A stretch of DNA of 64,000 bases. Source: Minisyncoccota bacterium. Its GTDB lineage: Bacteria; Patescibacteriota; Minisyncoccia; Phycocordibacterales; UBA9973. Location of the stretch: contig DASTLQ010000004.1 of the NCBI GenBank assembly GCA_035714785.1, positions 48,248 through 112,247 on the forward strand. The letters run 5' to 3'. Numbering within the stretch: the first letter of the stretch is position 1; each line of letters opens with the position of its first letter. This document shows, piece by piece, positions 7,907-17,087 of the stretch. The notes beneath the pieces are model-generated. The model made no database searches. It was given only the letters and a program-made list of their open reading frames with translations, and had not been told where the DNA came from. Position numbers and translations under genes: made by a program.

Positions 7907-9244
7907 ATGGAAGAAAATCATTTACATGAATATAGGAAGGAAAGGAGTTCGCTCAGTAAAAATTTTTTACTGGTGCTTTCAACTAGTTTTCTCCTTTTTA
8001 TATTTTTCCTTTTAATCACTGTCACTACTGCGTGGTACTTCCGAGCGGATATTTTTAGATATTTTGCCGATGAGTATTTAGCAGAAAATTCTCAGAGTGC
8101 AGTGATGAACACTTTTTCGCAGGAATATGCTGTGGTAAATGCTGTAAAGCTAGCAAATCCTGCTGTAGTATCTGTGGTACTTACTCGCGATGTGCCTACT
8201 TTTGAATATTCTCCCCGAGCGAATCCTTGGAGAGATTTATTCCCTGGCTTACCAGATTTTTTCTTTGATAATTCTCCAGAGTATCGCCAAAATGGAACAG
8301 AAAGAAGGGAAGTCGGAAGTGGGTCAGGCTTTTTGGTTTCTTCGACTGGTCTCATTGTGACCAACAAGCATGTGGTAGATGCGGAAAATGTAGAATACAC
8401 TGTTTTTACAAATGATGGAAAGAAACACAGTGCAGTGGTAGTAGATCGCGATCCACTTTTGGATATTGCTTTCTTAAAAATTGAATCTGATCGCAAAGCT
8501 ATCTTGCCAATCCCATTGAATGAAGAAGAAGATAACGACCCTCCGTTTAGTAGAGGGATTGGTGGATATCCATATCTTCCACTCGGAGATTCGGATATGT
8601 TGGAAGTCGGACAGAGTGTCATCGCTATTGGAAATGCTCTAGGAGAATTTGATAACACTGTTTCAGTAGGAGTAGTTTCCGGTCTGTCCAGATCTATTAT
8701 TGCTGGAAGTGTTTCTGGGGCAAGAGAAGTACTTGATGAAGTGATTCAAACAGACGCCGCTATTAATCCGGGAAATTCCGGCGGACCCTTGCTTGATCTA
8801 GCTGGCCGAGTGATTGGAGTAAATGTGGCGGTGGCCCAAGGTTCTCAAGGGGTAGGGTTTGCCCTTCCAATAAATGCAGTGAAAGGTGCCATTGAATCAG
8901 TAGAAAGTGAAGGTAGAATCATTCGACCATATCTTGGTCTTCGTTACGTGGTGATAGATGGAGAGTTAAAAGAGAGAAATAACCTTTCTGTAGATTATGG
9001 TGTCTTGGTTCGCCCTGGTGCTAATACAGGCGAACCCGCTGTCATTTCGGGAGGTCCTGCAGATAAAGCGGGCTTGCTTGAAAACGATATTATTTTAGAA
9101 ATAAATGGAGAGAAAATAGATCGGGACCATACGCTTGCTTCATTGATTAGAAAAAGAAAAGTTGGAGATCAAGTTAGTCTTCGTATTATGCGGGAAGGAA
9201 AAGAAAGAACAATAGAAGTAACATTGGAAGAAGCTCGAAACTAA
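7907..9244 (+). CDS. htrA: HtrA/DegP-family trypsin-like serine protease with C-terminal PDZ domain
   Basis: N-terminal TM helix. Catalytic His (TNKHVV), Asp, and Ser in GNSGGPL. The PDZ domain carries LGLRYV...GDQVSL. Confidence 0.85.
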   Translation: MEENHLHEYRKERSSLSKNFLLVLSTSFLLFIFFLLITVTTAWYFRADIFRYFADEYLAENSQSAVMNTFSQEYAVVNAVKLANPAVVSVVLTRDVPTFEYSPRANPWRDLFPGLPDFFFDNSPEYRQNGTERREVGSGSGFLVSSTGLIVTNKHVVDAENVEYTVFTNDGKKHSAVVVDRDPLLDIAFLKIESDRKAILPIPLNEEEDNDPPFSRGIGGYPYLPLGDSDMLEVGQSVIAIGNALGEFDNTVSVGVVSGLSRSIIAGSVSGAREVLDEVIQTDAAINPGNSGGPLLDLAGRVIGVNVAVAQGSQGVGFALPINAVKGAIESVESEGRIIRPYLGLRYVVIDGELKERNNLSVDYGVLVRPGANTGEPAVISGGPADKAGLLENDIILEINGEKIDRDHTLASLIRKRKVGDQVSLRIMREGKERTIEVTLEEARN

Positions 9245-9273
9245 AACACCTGCGCTTGGCAGGTGTTTTAGTT

Positions 9274-11205
9274 TTAGACGTTTAGGATTACTGGAATCAC
9301 TAGCGGTCTTTTTGCGGTTTTTTGGTATAGATATTTTGAAATATTTTCTCCAAGGTTTGCTTTTAGATATTCAAAATCAACTGGCTTTGTTTTGGTAGTG
9401 ATATCTTCAACATTTTTTCTGATAAGCAGTCGGACTTGGCGCAATAGTTCTTGATTTTCTTTTAGATAGACGAATCCTCGAGAAATGAGGTCGGGAGATT
9501 TTTTAAGTTTTCCAGTAGCCTGATCTACTACTGCAATGATTACAAACATTCCGTCTTGGGCGAGCATCACTCGGTCTCGAATGACTACGTCTTGATCGTC
9601 TCCCACTGAAATTCCGTCTACCATCATCAGTCCAGATGGAGCTTTTTCTTTTCGGATAGAAATTCTTTCTCCGTCGGGAGATATTTCAATGATGGAACCG
9701 TTGTCAGGTACTACAACATTTTGCTCAGGCATTCCAAGTTCCATGGCAAGCTGTTTGTGAAGCTGGAGACGATAGTGGTTTCCGTGAATTGGAATAAAGA
9801 ATTTTGGATGAGTCTTTTTGTGTAGCCATTTTACGTCTTCTTGGTTTCCATGACCGGTAGCGTGCACAAAGTCTTCACCCGGAGTTCGGTAGCTGATGAT
9901 TTTTACACCTTGGCGGGCGATACCGTCTTTCATTTTTTCTACTGCGCGTTCGTTTCCAGGAATGACCGAAGCGGAAAGAATAATAGTATCACCTTTGTGA
10001 AGCTTAAATTTAGTATGAGTCTTGGTAGCCGCACGGTTTAGAGCAGCGAATTCTTCTCCCTGAGCTCCTGTCATCAAGATCACCACTTTGTCCGGAGGAT
10101 AGTTGTCTACTTCTTCCAGGGGAATAATGGTGCCCTTTTTTGGTTTAAAGAAATTGGCCTCAATAGCCACGTCGATATTTGTCTTCATAGAGCGACCGTC
10201 CAAGGCCACTTTTTTACCCATGGTCTCGGCGGTCTTTACTACGTGTGCCAAGCGGGTGATGTGAGATGCGAAAGCCGCAATGATCATTCTGCCCTTTACT
10301 CTTCGTAAAAGATTTTCAAGTCCTTGGTGCACTTTTGCTTCAGGTAGGGAGTATCCTTCGTTTTCAATATTTGTAGAGTCAGTCAAAAGCAAAAGCACCT
10401 TTTCTTTATCAAAAATAGAATACTCTTTTTCTTCTTCGGGATTAACTACGCCGTCGGTGTGATCTAGTTTGTAGTCACCCGGAGTCACAATCAATCCATG
10501 CCTGGTCTCTATCATTATACCGATGGAGTCGGGGATAGTGTGAGTCACTCCGAAAAATCTTACTTTGATATTTCCTAGAGTAACAGTGTCGCTTTTTTCT
10601 ACGATGTACTCTTTCATTTTTGGAAGTTGAGGAAATTCGGCTGCACGCTTACGCATGAGCAAGATAGAAAGGTTTCGAGAATACACTGGTGGATTGCCGA
10701 TGCGGGAAAGCACCAATGGCACACCTCCGATGTGATCTAGGTGACCGTGGGTCACAATCAAGGCTCGGATTTTATCTTTTCTTTCTTCGAGATATGTAGT
10801 GTTTGGAATCACATAATCTACTCCAGGAGTTTCCTCAGTAGAGAAGTGCATTCCTGCGTCGACCACGATGATATCGTTTCCGATTTCAATAGCGGTCATG
10901 TTTTTTCCGATTTCTTCTACTCCTCCGAGCGGAATGATGCGCACTACTCCTTCTTCAGGTGGTGGGATTTTTCCTTCACCGGCGCCCTTTGGTTTCATTC
11001 TTCCGCCAGCTTGTGCACCACCTCCGCGCCTATCTTTAAAGCCACGCTTGGTGTATTGATAGGTGGAAGTTTTTCTTGATTTTCTTTTATTGTCTTTATC
11101 CTCTCCGTGCGTCCTGTCTCCCTGTGCTCTTTTTAACTCAGGCTGCTCTGCCTTGCGGGCTTCAAAACTTACCGAGCTGAATGATAATCTGGTTTTCTTT
11201 GTCAT
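9274..11205 (-). CDS. rnj: ribonuclease J (metallo-beta-lactamase/beta-CASP RNase)
   Basis: Motifs IPLGGVEEIGKNM and HGHLDHIGG, beta-CASP and C-terminal domains present. The ORF has an ~85-aa Arg/Lys/Gly-rich N-terminal extension. An alternative start at the Met near 10998 is possible. Confidence 0.85.
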   Translation of the reverse strand: MTKKTRLSFSSVSFEARKAEQPELKRAQGDRTHGEDKDNKRKSRKTSTYQYTKRGFKDRRGGGAQAGGRMKPKGAGEGKIPPPEEGVVRIIPLGGVEEIGKNMTAIEIGNDIIVVDAGMHFSTEETPGVDYVIPNTTYLEERKDKIRALIVTHGHLDHIGGVPLVLSRIGNPPVYSRNLSILLMRKRAAEFPQLPKMKEYIVEKSDTVTLGNIKVRFFGVTHTIPDSIGIMIETRHGLIVTPGDYKLDHTDGVVNPEEEKEYSIFDKEKVLLLLTDSTNIENEGYSLPEAKVHQGLENLLRRVKGRMIIAAFASHITRLAHVVKTAETMGKKVALDGRSMKTNIDVAIEANFFKPKKGTIIPLEEVDNYPPDKVVILMTGAQGEEFAALNRAATKTHTKFKLHKGDTIILSASVIPGNERAVEKMKDGIARQGVKIISYRTPGEDFVHATGHGNQEDVKWLHKKTHPKFFIPIHGNHYRLQLHKQLAMELGMPEQNVVVPDNGSIIEISPDGERISIRKEKAPSGLMMVDGISVGDDQDVVIRDRVMLAQDGMFVIIAVVDQATGKLKKSPDLISRGFVYLKENQELLRQVRLLIRKNVEDITTKTKPVDFEYLKANLGENISKYLYQKTAKRPLVIPVILNV

Positions 11206-11234
11206 TATTTATTTTCTTATAATACTGTTATTAA

Positions 11235-12968
11235 TTAATTAGTTTTTGCAAATATTTTCCAAATATTGTCCACCTCTGTATACCAAAGATGGGAGTTTAA
11301 AAATCTGTCCTTGGAAGATGAGAGATTTTCACTCGAAATTCCTTCGACGTTTCCTTTTACTACGTAAATAAAACTTGGACTATATAGAAAGACTGCTGGT
11401 TTTTCTTTCTTTATTTCTTGTTCAAACTGGCTATATTTTTCTGCTCGTACCTCTTCGTCGAGAGTGATCAATGCTTCTTCCAAAATTTTGTCTACTCGCA
11501 CATTTGTGTACATTGCAACATTTAACCCAGGATCTTTTCGCTGAGACGAATGCCAGAATGCAAACAAGTCTGATTGTCGATTGACGATTTCTCCGAATAG
11601 TAAGGCGTCATATTTTCGTGGGCGAATGACAGTCTGATTCAAATCTCCGGATTCAAAAGTTTTTATTTCTACTTGTATGCCGAAATGATCAAGGTCTTCT
11701 TTCACGATGTTTGCTGCTCGGACCAGATCTTCTGAGTTGCTGGTGGAGATAGAAAAGGAGAGAGACTGGTTGTCTTTTCCTTTTTGCCAAATTCCGTCAG
11801 CGTTCTTTTTCCAACCACTTTTGGTTAGCAATTCTTCCGCTTGCGTGATTCGTTCGTCGCGAGGCAGGGTATCTCCATAATTTCCGTTTACTGAAAGTGG
11901 GTCTGGCAGTGGACCGTTGATTACTTTTCCGTATCCATATAGTACCTCACTTACTATTCTATTTTTATCCACCAAAAGGTCAATAGCACTGATGATGTTT
12001 TTGTCTGTAAAAATTTGGTTCTCGCTTTGATTAAAGAAAATACCGAAGATTCGTGGAAGAATATATGACTCCACTCGGTAGCCTTTGCTTTCCAAGAGTT
12101 CTGCGTTTCTAGGAGAGATTTGGGAGATGTGCTCCACTTCTTTTCTTTCAAGGGCAGAAATCAGATCTATTTCGTTTTGATAAAAACGGATATCCATTTT
12201 TTTAATATATGGTCTTCCTAGAGCAAATTTCTTGAAAGGAACTAGTTCAGCTGAGGTGATAGTACCCTGAGGGCTTTTACCCATTTTCTTTATTTGAAAA
12301 GCGCCGGACCCAATTGGGTTAATATTTAAATCTGAAAGTTCCAAGGGAAAACCATTCCAAAGATGTTCGGGCAAAATTCCCACTGTGGTATTTTCAATAA
12401 AAGAAGCATCCGGTCCACGCAATCTAAATGAGACAGTCAGGTCGTCAATCTTTTCTACCTCCACTCCGTCCCAGTTGGCACTGAGAGGGGATCGTAAGAC
12501 AGGATTTTTAATTTCACTGATGGTAAAGAGGATGTCGTCGGCACTGACAGACTCACCGTCATGGAAAAATACTTTTTCTTTTAGCGTGAAAGTGTAAGTA
12601 CGTCCGTCTTCTGAAATCTCGTAACTTTCCGCAAGGTCTGGAATGAGGTCACCTTCAGGATCTTTTCGTAAAAGACCAGAATATACTAGAGCTGAAAGAT
12701 CACGGTCTACGTCAGTGAAAGCAAGTACTGGATTAATGAAGCGGGGAGTACCCACGATTCCTTCTGTGACGCTTCCTCCTCGGAGTGGAGTCTTTACCAT
12801 AAATGATTGATTCAAGTCATGAAGCAGAATAAATGAGCTTATTAAAAATGCAAAAGTCAGCACCGAAAGAATCACCCATTCTTTTTTTGAAAAAGCTGAA
12901 AACGCCAAGAGAAAGTCCTTTTTTGAAGGCAATTTTAAATTGCGTATGAAATCAAATATTTTTTGCAT
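11235..12968 (-). CDS. ABC transporter substrate-binding protein, family 5 (peptide/nickel-type), membrane anchored
   Basis: N-terminal TM helix. DPEGDLIPDLAESYEISEDGRTYTFTLKEKVFFHDGESVSADDILFT matches the SBP_bac_5 signature. Confidence 0.7.
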   Translation of the reverse strand: MQKIFDFIRNLKLPSKKDFLLAFSAFSKKEWVILSVLTFAFLISSFILLHDLNQSFMVKTPLRGGSVTEGIVGTPRFINPVLAFTDVDRDLSALVYSGLLRKDPEGDLIPDLAESYEISEDGRTYTFTLKEKVFFHDGESVSADDILFTISEIKNPVLRSPLSANWDGVEVEKIDDLTVSFRLRGPDASFIENTTVGILPEHLWNGFPLELSDLNINPIGSGAFQIKKMGKSPQGTITSAELVPFKKFALGRPYIKKMDIRFYQNEIDLISALERKEVEHISQISPRNAELLESKGYRVESYILPRIFGIFFNQSENQIFTDKNIISAIDLLVDKNRIVSEVLYGYGKVINGPLPDPLSVNGNYGDTLPRDERITQAEELLTKSGWKKNADGIWQKGKDNQSLSFSISTSNSEDLVRAANIVKEDLDHFGIQVEIKTFESGDLNQTVIRPRKYDALLFGEIVNRQSDLFAFWHSSQRKDPGLNVAMYTNVRVDKILEEALITLDEEVRAEKYSQFEQEIKKEKPAVFLYSPSFIYVVKGNVEGISSENLSSSKDRFLNSHLWYTEVDNIWKIFAKTN

Positions 12969-12990
12969 GATTTAGATAAATGCTGAAAAA

Positions 12991-13230
12991 CTAGAAGCCG
13001 GATCGCACCATGATGGTGAGAACAGCTGAAAGGGCAAATAGAATTCCGCAAATGATGGACAAGATGAATAGAAACTTTTCAAAGCCTCGGCGGACATGGT
13101 GAAAACTGGAATCTCCTCCTCCGAGCGCTCCTCCTACTCCGGCTCCTGTTTGTTGGAGCAGAATAGATGTAACCAATATTACTGACAGTATTATCTGCAC
13201 GTAGGGCAGACTGGTAGCCAATAGCTGCAT
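12991..13230 (-). CDS. secG: preprotein translocase subunit SecG
   Basis: Two TM helices with LLQQTGAGVGGALGGG between them. Start placed at the internal Met (MQLLATS...), because the upstream extension overlaps repeat R4. Confidence 0.65.
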   Translation of the reverse strand: MQLLATSLPYVQIILSVILVTSILLQQTGAGVGGALGGGDSSFHHVRRGFEKFLFILSIICGILFALSAVLTIMVRSGF

Positions 13231-13260
13231 GGGAAGAAGTATTACATAACCCCCGCCAAA

Positions 13261-13353
13261 TTGCAACATGCAAGGTTCCCCTCCAAGGGTCCACCTTCGC
13301 CAGAGGCGAAGGCGGACCCTTTAACACGCAAGGGGACCCCTTACACGTTGCAA
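13261..13353. repeat. composite palindromic repeat copy R4 (with terminal inverted repeats TTGCAACATG / CACGTTGCAA)
   Basis: Reads ...CAAGGGTCCACCTTCGCCAGAGGCGAAGGCGGACCCTTTAACACGCAAGGGGACCCCTTACACGTTGCAA, in the divergent region between secG and the metalloprotease gene. Confidence 0.85.
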
Positions 13354-13382
13354 TTTCCCTTAAAAAGGAGTATAATTAGACC

Positions 13383-15827
13383 ATGAATTTGAATAATGTG
13401 AAGAGCTGGGCTCCGACCATCATTTTAGCCTTATATATAGTGCTATTTGCTACTACGCCCTTGCTAGCAGCCCCAGTTTCCGTATCGGAGGCAGAAACCG
13501 AGATTGTCGGAGAAGTTTCCATATTTCATATAGACGATTTTGCTAATAAATCCAGCAAAAATTTCTACTATATAGACACTAACGAAAAAAGATACTCTTT
13601 TGAGTCTAATCAGGAGCTACCTTTTGAGGCTGGTTCAATCGTAAAAATAAAAGGTAAATTAAAAAATGATGTAATTGCAGTAGACACGGTTCGTAACCCC
13701 GTAGAGCTAGTAAGCGAGAAAAAAAATCATAACGTCATTTCCGCCATAAAAGATTCTGTTGGGGATCAGCGCACGCTCGTCATATTGATGAAAAGTTTTC
13801 CGAGTGACTCAGAACCATTTACCCCAGCCGAAGCGCACAATATGGTTTTCAAAAGTAGATTCCAGAGTTTCATGAAAGAGCAATCCTACGGAAAAGTTTC
13901 TTTCTCAGGAAAAGTGATTGGATGGGTTCCGATAAACAGAAATGTAGCTGAATGTGAGACACCAAGTGAGGCAGAGTACAATAATATTTTTTCTACTCAT
14001 AATATAAATCTTGCGAGCTACGATAGAGTACTCATTTTAAGAAATGACATGGCAGGAGGATGTTCTTCCGTTGGAAAAGCACCGCATACATATGGAGGTC
14101 AGACATATCATTTATCAAAAACTACTGTAGGTCTTTATCGATACGACCAACCTTCCGATTGGGGTACACATGTTTTTCCATGGACAAATTTAGATTTAGT
14201 TCTTTCTCACGAGATGGGCCATGCGCTCGGAGTGGGGCACTCTAATAGTTGGATTTGTGATGGAGAAGTAATATATGGAAACTGTCAGCACTTTGAATAT
14301 GGCAATCATTACGATGCGATGGCTACAGGAAGTCATACTTTGCACTACAATGCATATTTCAAAGAGAAGCTTGGCTGGTTGTCGGAAAATCAAATTTTAA
14401 ATATTACTCAATCGGGGTCTTTTACTCTTACACCTCTCGAGATGAATGGAGGATCAAAGATCGCAAAGATATATATTAATGGTACAAACGAAGCACCGTT
14501 TTTTGTGGAGTTTAGGAGAATCATGGGATATGATTTGAGCCTTGGAAAGCCTGAGCTTTCCATAAATCAGTACGGAGCCTTTGTCAGTCAAATAGGAAAT
14601 ACTGCGGTTCCGACTGTACAGCTTTTGGATATGAGTCCCGAAGCATCTCATCTTTCCAACAATATGAAGAATGTCACATTGAATCCTGTCTCAATTGGAA
14701 ATTCATTAGCGATATTTCATGATCAAGGAAAAGGAATTACTTTGCACGCTCCTCTTGGAATCTCTCGACCTCGCAATGCTATCAGCATGAGGGTGGATAT
14801 AAGCAACCCATCCTGCACTCGAGGACCAATGTCTATCACAAATTTAATAAATGATACATCGGTGAGCATTGGAGGTGCTAGTTTTGTCTCTGCTAATATA
14901 AGAAATAATGATCACTTTGGTTGCGGAAATTCTGATTTTGAAGTTTCCTTCGGGCTTCCAGCTGGATGGTCCTATGAGAATACTTCAACCGTCAGTATCT
15001 TACCCGGCCAGACCAAGATGGGATGGGGGACGTTTAAAGTACCTGCCACTACTACGCTCGGAAATTATCCTGTAACTTTTAAAGTGAAAAATAAAACCAC
15101 CGGACAGATTGGAAAAAAAACATTTCAGGTTTTTGTAGACAATCCGCTTTCGATTACTAACGCCACTCCTTCTTCAGGTCAGGCAGGTACAGTGGTCACC
15201 GTAACTGGTACAGGTTTTAATTCTACTCATACTGCCGTCACTCTCACGGGAAATAATTCATGGTCCGACACAGAGATAGTTTCTGTTTCAAATGGAAGTT
15301 TTCAATATGTCATTCCTGCAGTAATGAATACTTGCAACAAAAGTAATTGCCACACAGTTCCGCTTTCTAATGGCGACTATCATATAAATGTGTACTCCAA
15401 CAATGTTTCAGTAAATACACCTTTTAGAGTAGGAGCGACTTCTACTGTCTCTATTTCCGCAAATCCGATTTCTATTAATCTCGGTCAGTCTTCAATCATT
15501 ACTTGGAATGCACAAAACGTAGCATATTGTTTTGGTCAAGGAGGACTCGGAGGAGTTCTTCCATCTTCTGGACAACAAGTAGTGTATCCACTCGAGACCA
15601 CTTTATATGAAATACGATGCATGAGTGCAGTGGTGGGAGGAGGATTTATGTCCGAATCTGTCACCGTAACTGTAGTGAGTCCAACACCTAGAGATGGAGT
15701 GAAAGGACCCGTAAAAATACAACGAGAGGAATCCATAAAATTACCAACAAAAGGACCAGTGAACAGAGGGACGTCGCCTTCTACCGCGGGTTCTCGTTCT
15801 GTCTCAACAGAGACCGTTAGAAATTAA
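13383..15827 (+). CDS. secreted zinc metalloprotease (HExxH) with C-terminal Ig-like/IPT domains
   Basis: Signal peptide. LVLSHEMGHALGVGHSN is a HExxH zinc-binding motif. The C-terminal half has repeated beta-sandwich segments (TVTGTGFNS..., ISANPISINLGQSSIITW). Confidence 0.5.
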   Translation: MNLNNVKSWAPTIILALYIVLFATTPLLAAPVSVSEAETEIVGEVSIFHIDDFANKSSKNFYYIDTNEKRYSFESNQELPFEAGSIVKIKGKLKNDVIAVDTVRNPVELVSEKKNHNVISAIKDSVGDQRTLVILMKSFPSDSEPFTPAEAHNMVFKSRFQSFMKEQSYGKVSFSGKVIGWVPINRNVAECETPSEAEYNNIFSTHNINLASYDRVLILRNDMAGGCSSVGKAPHTYGGQTYHLSKTTVGLYRYDQPSDWGTHVFPWTNLDLVLSHEMGHALGVGHSNSWICDGEVIYGNCQHFEYGNHYDAMATGSHTLHYNAYFKEKLGWLSENQILNITQSGSFTLTPLEMNGGSKIAKIYINGTNEAPFFVEFRRIMGYDLSLGKPELSINQYGAFVSQIGNTAVPTVQLLDMSPEASHLSNNMKNVTLNPVSIGNSLAIFHDQGKGITLHAPLGISRPRNAISMRVDISNPSCTRGPMSITNLINDTSVSIGGASFVSANIRNNDHFGCGNSDFEVSFGLPAGWSYENTSTVSILPGQTKMGWGTFKVPATTTLGNYPVTFKVKNKTTGQIGKKTFQVFVDNPLSITNATPSSGQAGTVVTVTGTGFNSTHTAVTLTGNNSWSDTEIVSVSNGSFQYVIPAVMNTCNKSNCHTVPLSNGDYHINVYSNNVSVNTPFRVGATSTVSISANPISINLGQSSIITWNAQNVAYCFGQGGLGGVLPSSGQQVVYPLETTLYEIRCMSAVVGGGFMSESVTVTVVSPTPRDGVKGPVKIQREESIKLPTKGPVNRGTSPSTAGSRSVSTETVRN

Positions 15828-15845
15828 AAGTTTATTTAATAAAAA

Positions 15846-16457
15846 ATGCAAAACAATAAAGGTTTTACAACGACAAGTATTGTGATGATCGTGTTACTCG
15901 GAATCGCTATCGCAGCGGGTTCATATTATTTGGGAGCAGAAAAGAGTGCGGTGCAAGAGTATCCGCCTAATGTTTATAACGATGTTTACCCTGAGCCCGT
16001 AGATGATGTTAAGTCAGTCGATAACCCTGTGACACCTACGTCAAACGTCGGCGCAGGCAGTGAACAAGTAAATACAGAGAATTTTAACAATCAACCAGGT
16101 GCGGTAAAATCAATTCAAACCAACAGTAGTACAAGTTGGACCCTAGCAGTGGATCTCTTAACTCATAATCCAAATTGGTTGCCCGGAGTGGATAGTAGTG
16201 GTGGATTTTTTATTAATCAAAACACAATGATTAGAAATTTATCTGTAACAAATGCCACCAAAACATATATTTGTGGAGCAGGCCCAGACGGAAATAGTAC
16301 CACTGCTGATGTTCTCGAAAATACTTCGAGTTTCCTATCAAGTATAAATGCTAATATAAAGAACAAAGATTATAATAGCCAGTTCGTTGGGCCTACAAGT
16401 TATTTTGATATTAAGGGAACAAGCATTATTGCGATTTATCAGCAGTGCTTACCGTAA
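15846..16457 (+). CDS. secreted/membrane-anchored hypothetical protein, paralog A (shared N-terminal module)
   Basis: The N-terminal 36 aa MQNNKGFTTTSIVMIVLLGIAIAAGSYYLGAEKSAV are nearly identical to the next gene at both protein and DNA level. The C-terminus diverges. Confidence 0.45.
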   Translation: MQNNKGFTTTSIVMIVLLGIAIAAGSYYLGAEKSAVQEYPPNVYNDVYPEPVDDVKSVDNPVTPTSNVGAGSEQVNTENFNNQPGAVKSIQTNSSTSWTLAVDLLTHNPNWLPGVDSSGGFFINQNTMIRNLSVTNATKTYICGAGPDGNSTTADVLENTSSFLSSINANIKNKDYNSQFVGPTSYFDIKGTSIIAIYQQCLP

Positions 16458-16475
16458 CTTTCTTAGATTAAAAAA

Positions 16476-17081
16476 ATGCAAAACAACAAAGGTTTTACCA
16501 CAACAAGTATCGTGATAGTCGTGTTACTCGGAATCGCTATCGCAGCGGGTTCATATTATTTGGGAGCAGAAAAGAGTGCGGTGCCAAAATATTCTGAATC
16601 TCCATTTGATAAACTTTCTCAAAATGGACAAAATCAGACGGTGGAGACAAGCAACCAACAGCAAGCTCAGCTTTATAGAAACCCTGACCTTGGTTTTTCA
16701 TTTAATCCATTAGCTTTTGAAGGTGTAAAAACGTGGAACAACTATCCTTTAATTGGGGAAGGTGAGAAAGGGCTAAGCATGAGAGGATATCTTTCATTTC
16801 AAGATCCAGTTTTCTATTTTGCTGGTATGACACCTGATTATTCTGCGGGAAGAGGTACAGACTGCGGGGAAGCAAAAAGCTATCCGACAGAAGCTGAAAT
16901 GACAAATGCGAAAGGTGTTCGCTATATATATAAATATAATACGACAGATGAAATGCAGGGACCTCAGCACGTAGCTTATTTCAAATTAAAAAAAGGTCCC
17001 TTTCCAGTGCTAGGGTTTTGTGGGATTGGTATAAGCGAAAATGATTTTATTAGCGTGATAAATACAGTTACATTAGATTAA
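16476..17081 (+). CDS. secreted/membrane-anchored hypothetical protein, paralog B (shared N-terminal module)
   Basis: Same 5' module as 15846..16457 (about 95 percent nucleotide identity over the first ~110 nt), followed by an unrelated C-terminus. Confidence 0.45.
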   Translation: MQNNKGFTTTSIVIVVLLGIAIAAGSYYLGAEKSAVPKYSESPFDKLSQNGQNQTVETSNQQQAQLYRNPDLGFSFNPLAFEGVKTWNNYPLIGEGEKGLSMRGYLSFQDPVFYFAGMTPDYSAGRGTDCGEAKSYPTEAEMTNAKGVRYIYKYNTTDEMQGPQHVAYFKLKKGPFPVLGFCGIGISENDFISVINTVTLD

Positions 17082-17087
17082 AATTTC

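Noticed and set aside
8092-8658. Long antisense ORFs inside htrA, the DHS-like gene, gyrA, rpsA, infB and others (for example 8092..8658, 17561..18082, 40143..40772, 36397..36915, 48726..49061)
   Set aside because: They are fully contained antisense to well-supported genes with clear domain signatures, and show no independent evidence.
13231-13269. Upstream extension of secG (MLQFGGGYVILLP)
   Set aside because: It overlaps repeat R4. The internal Met gives a canonical SecG N-terminus.
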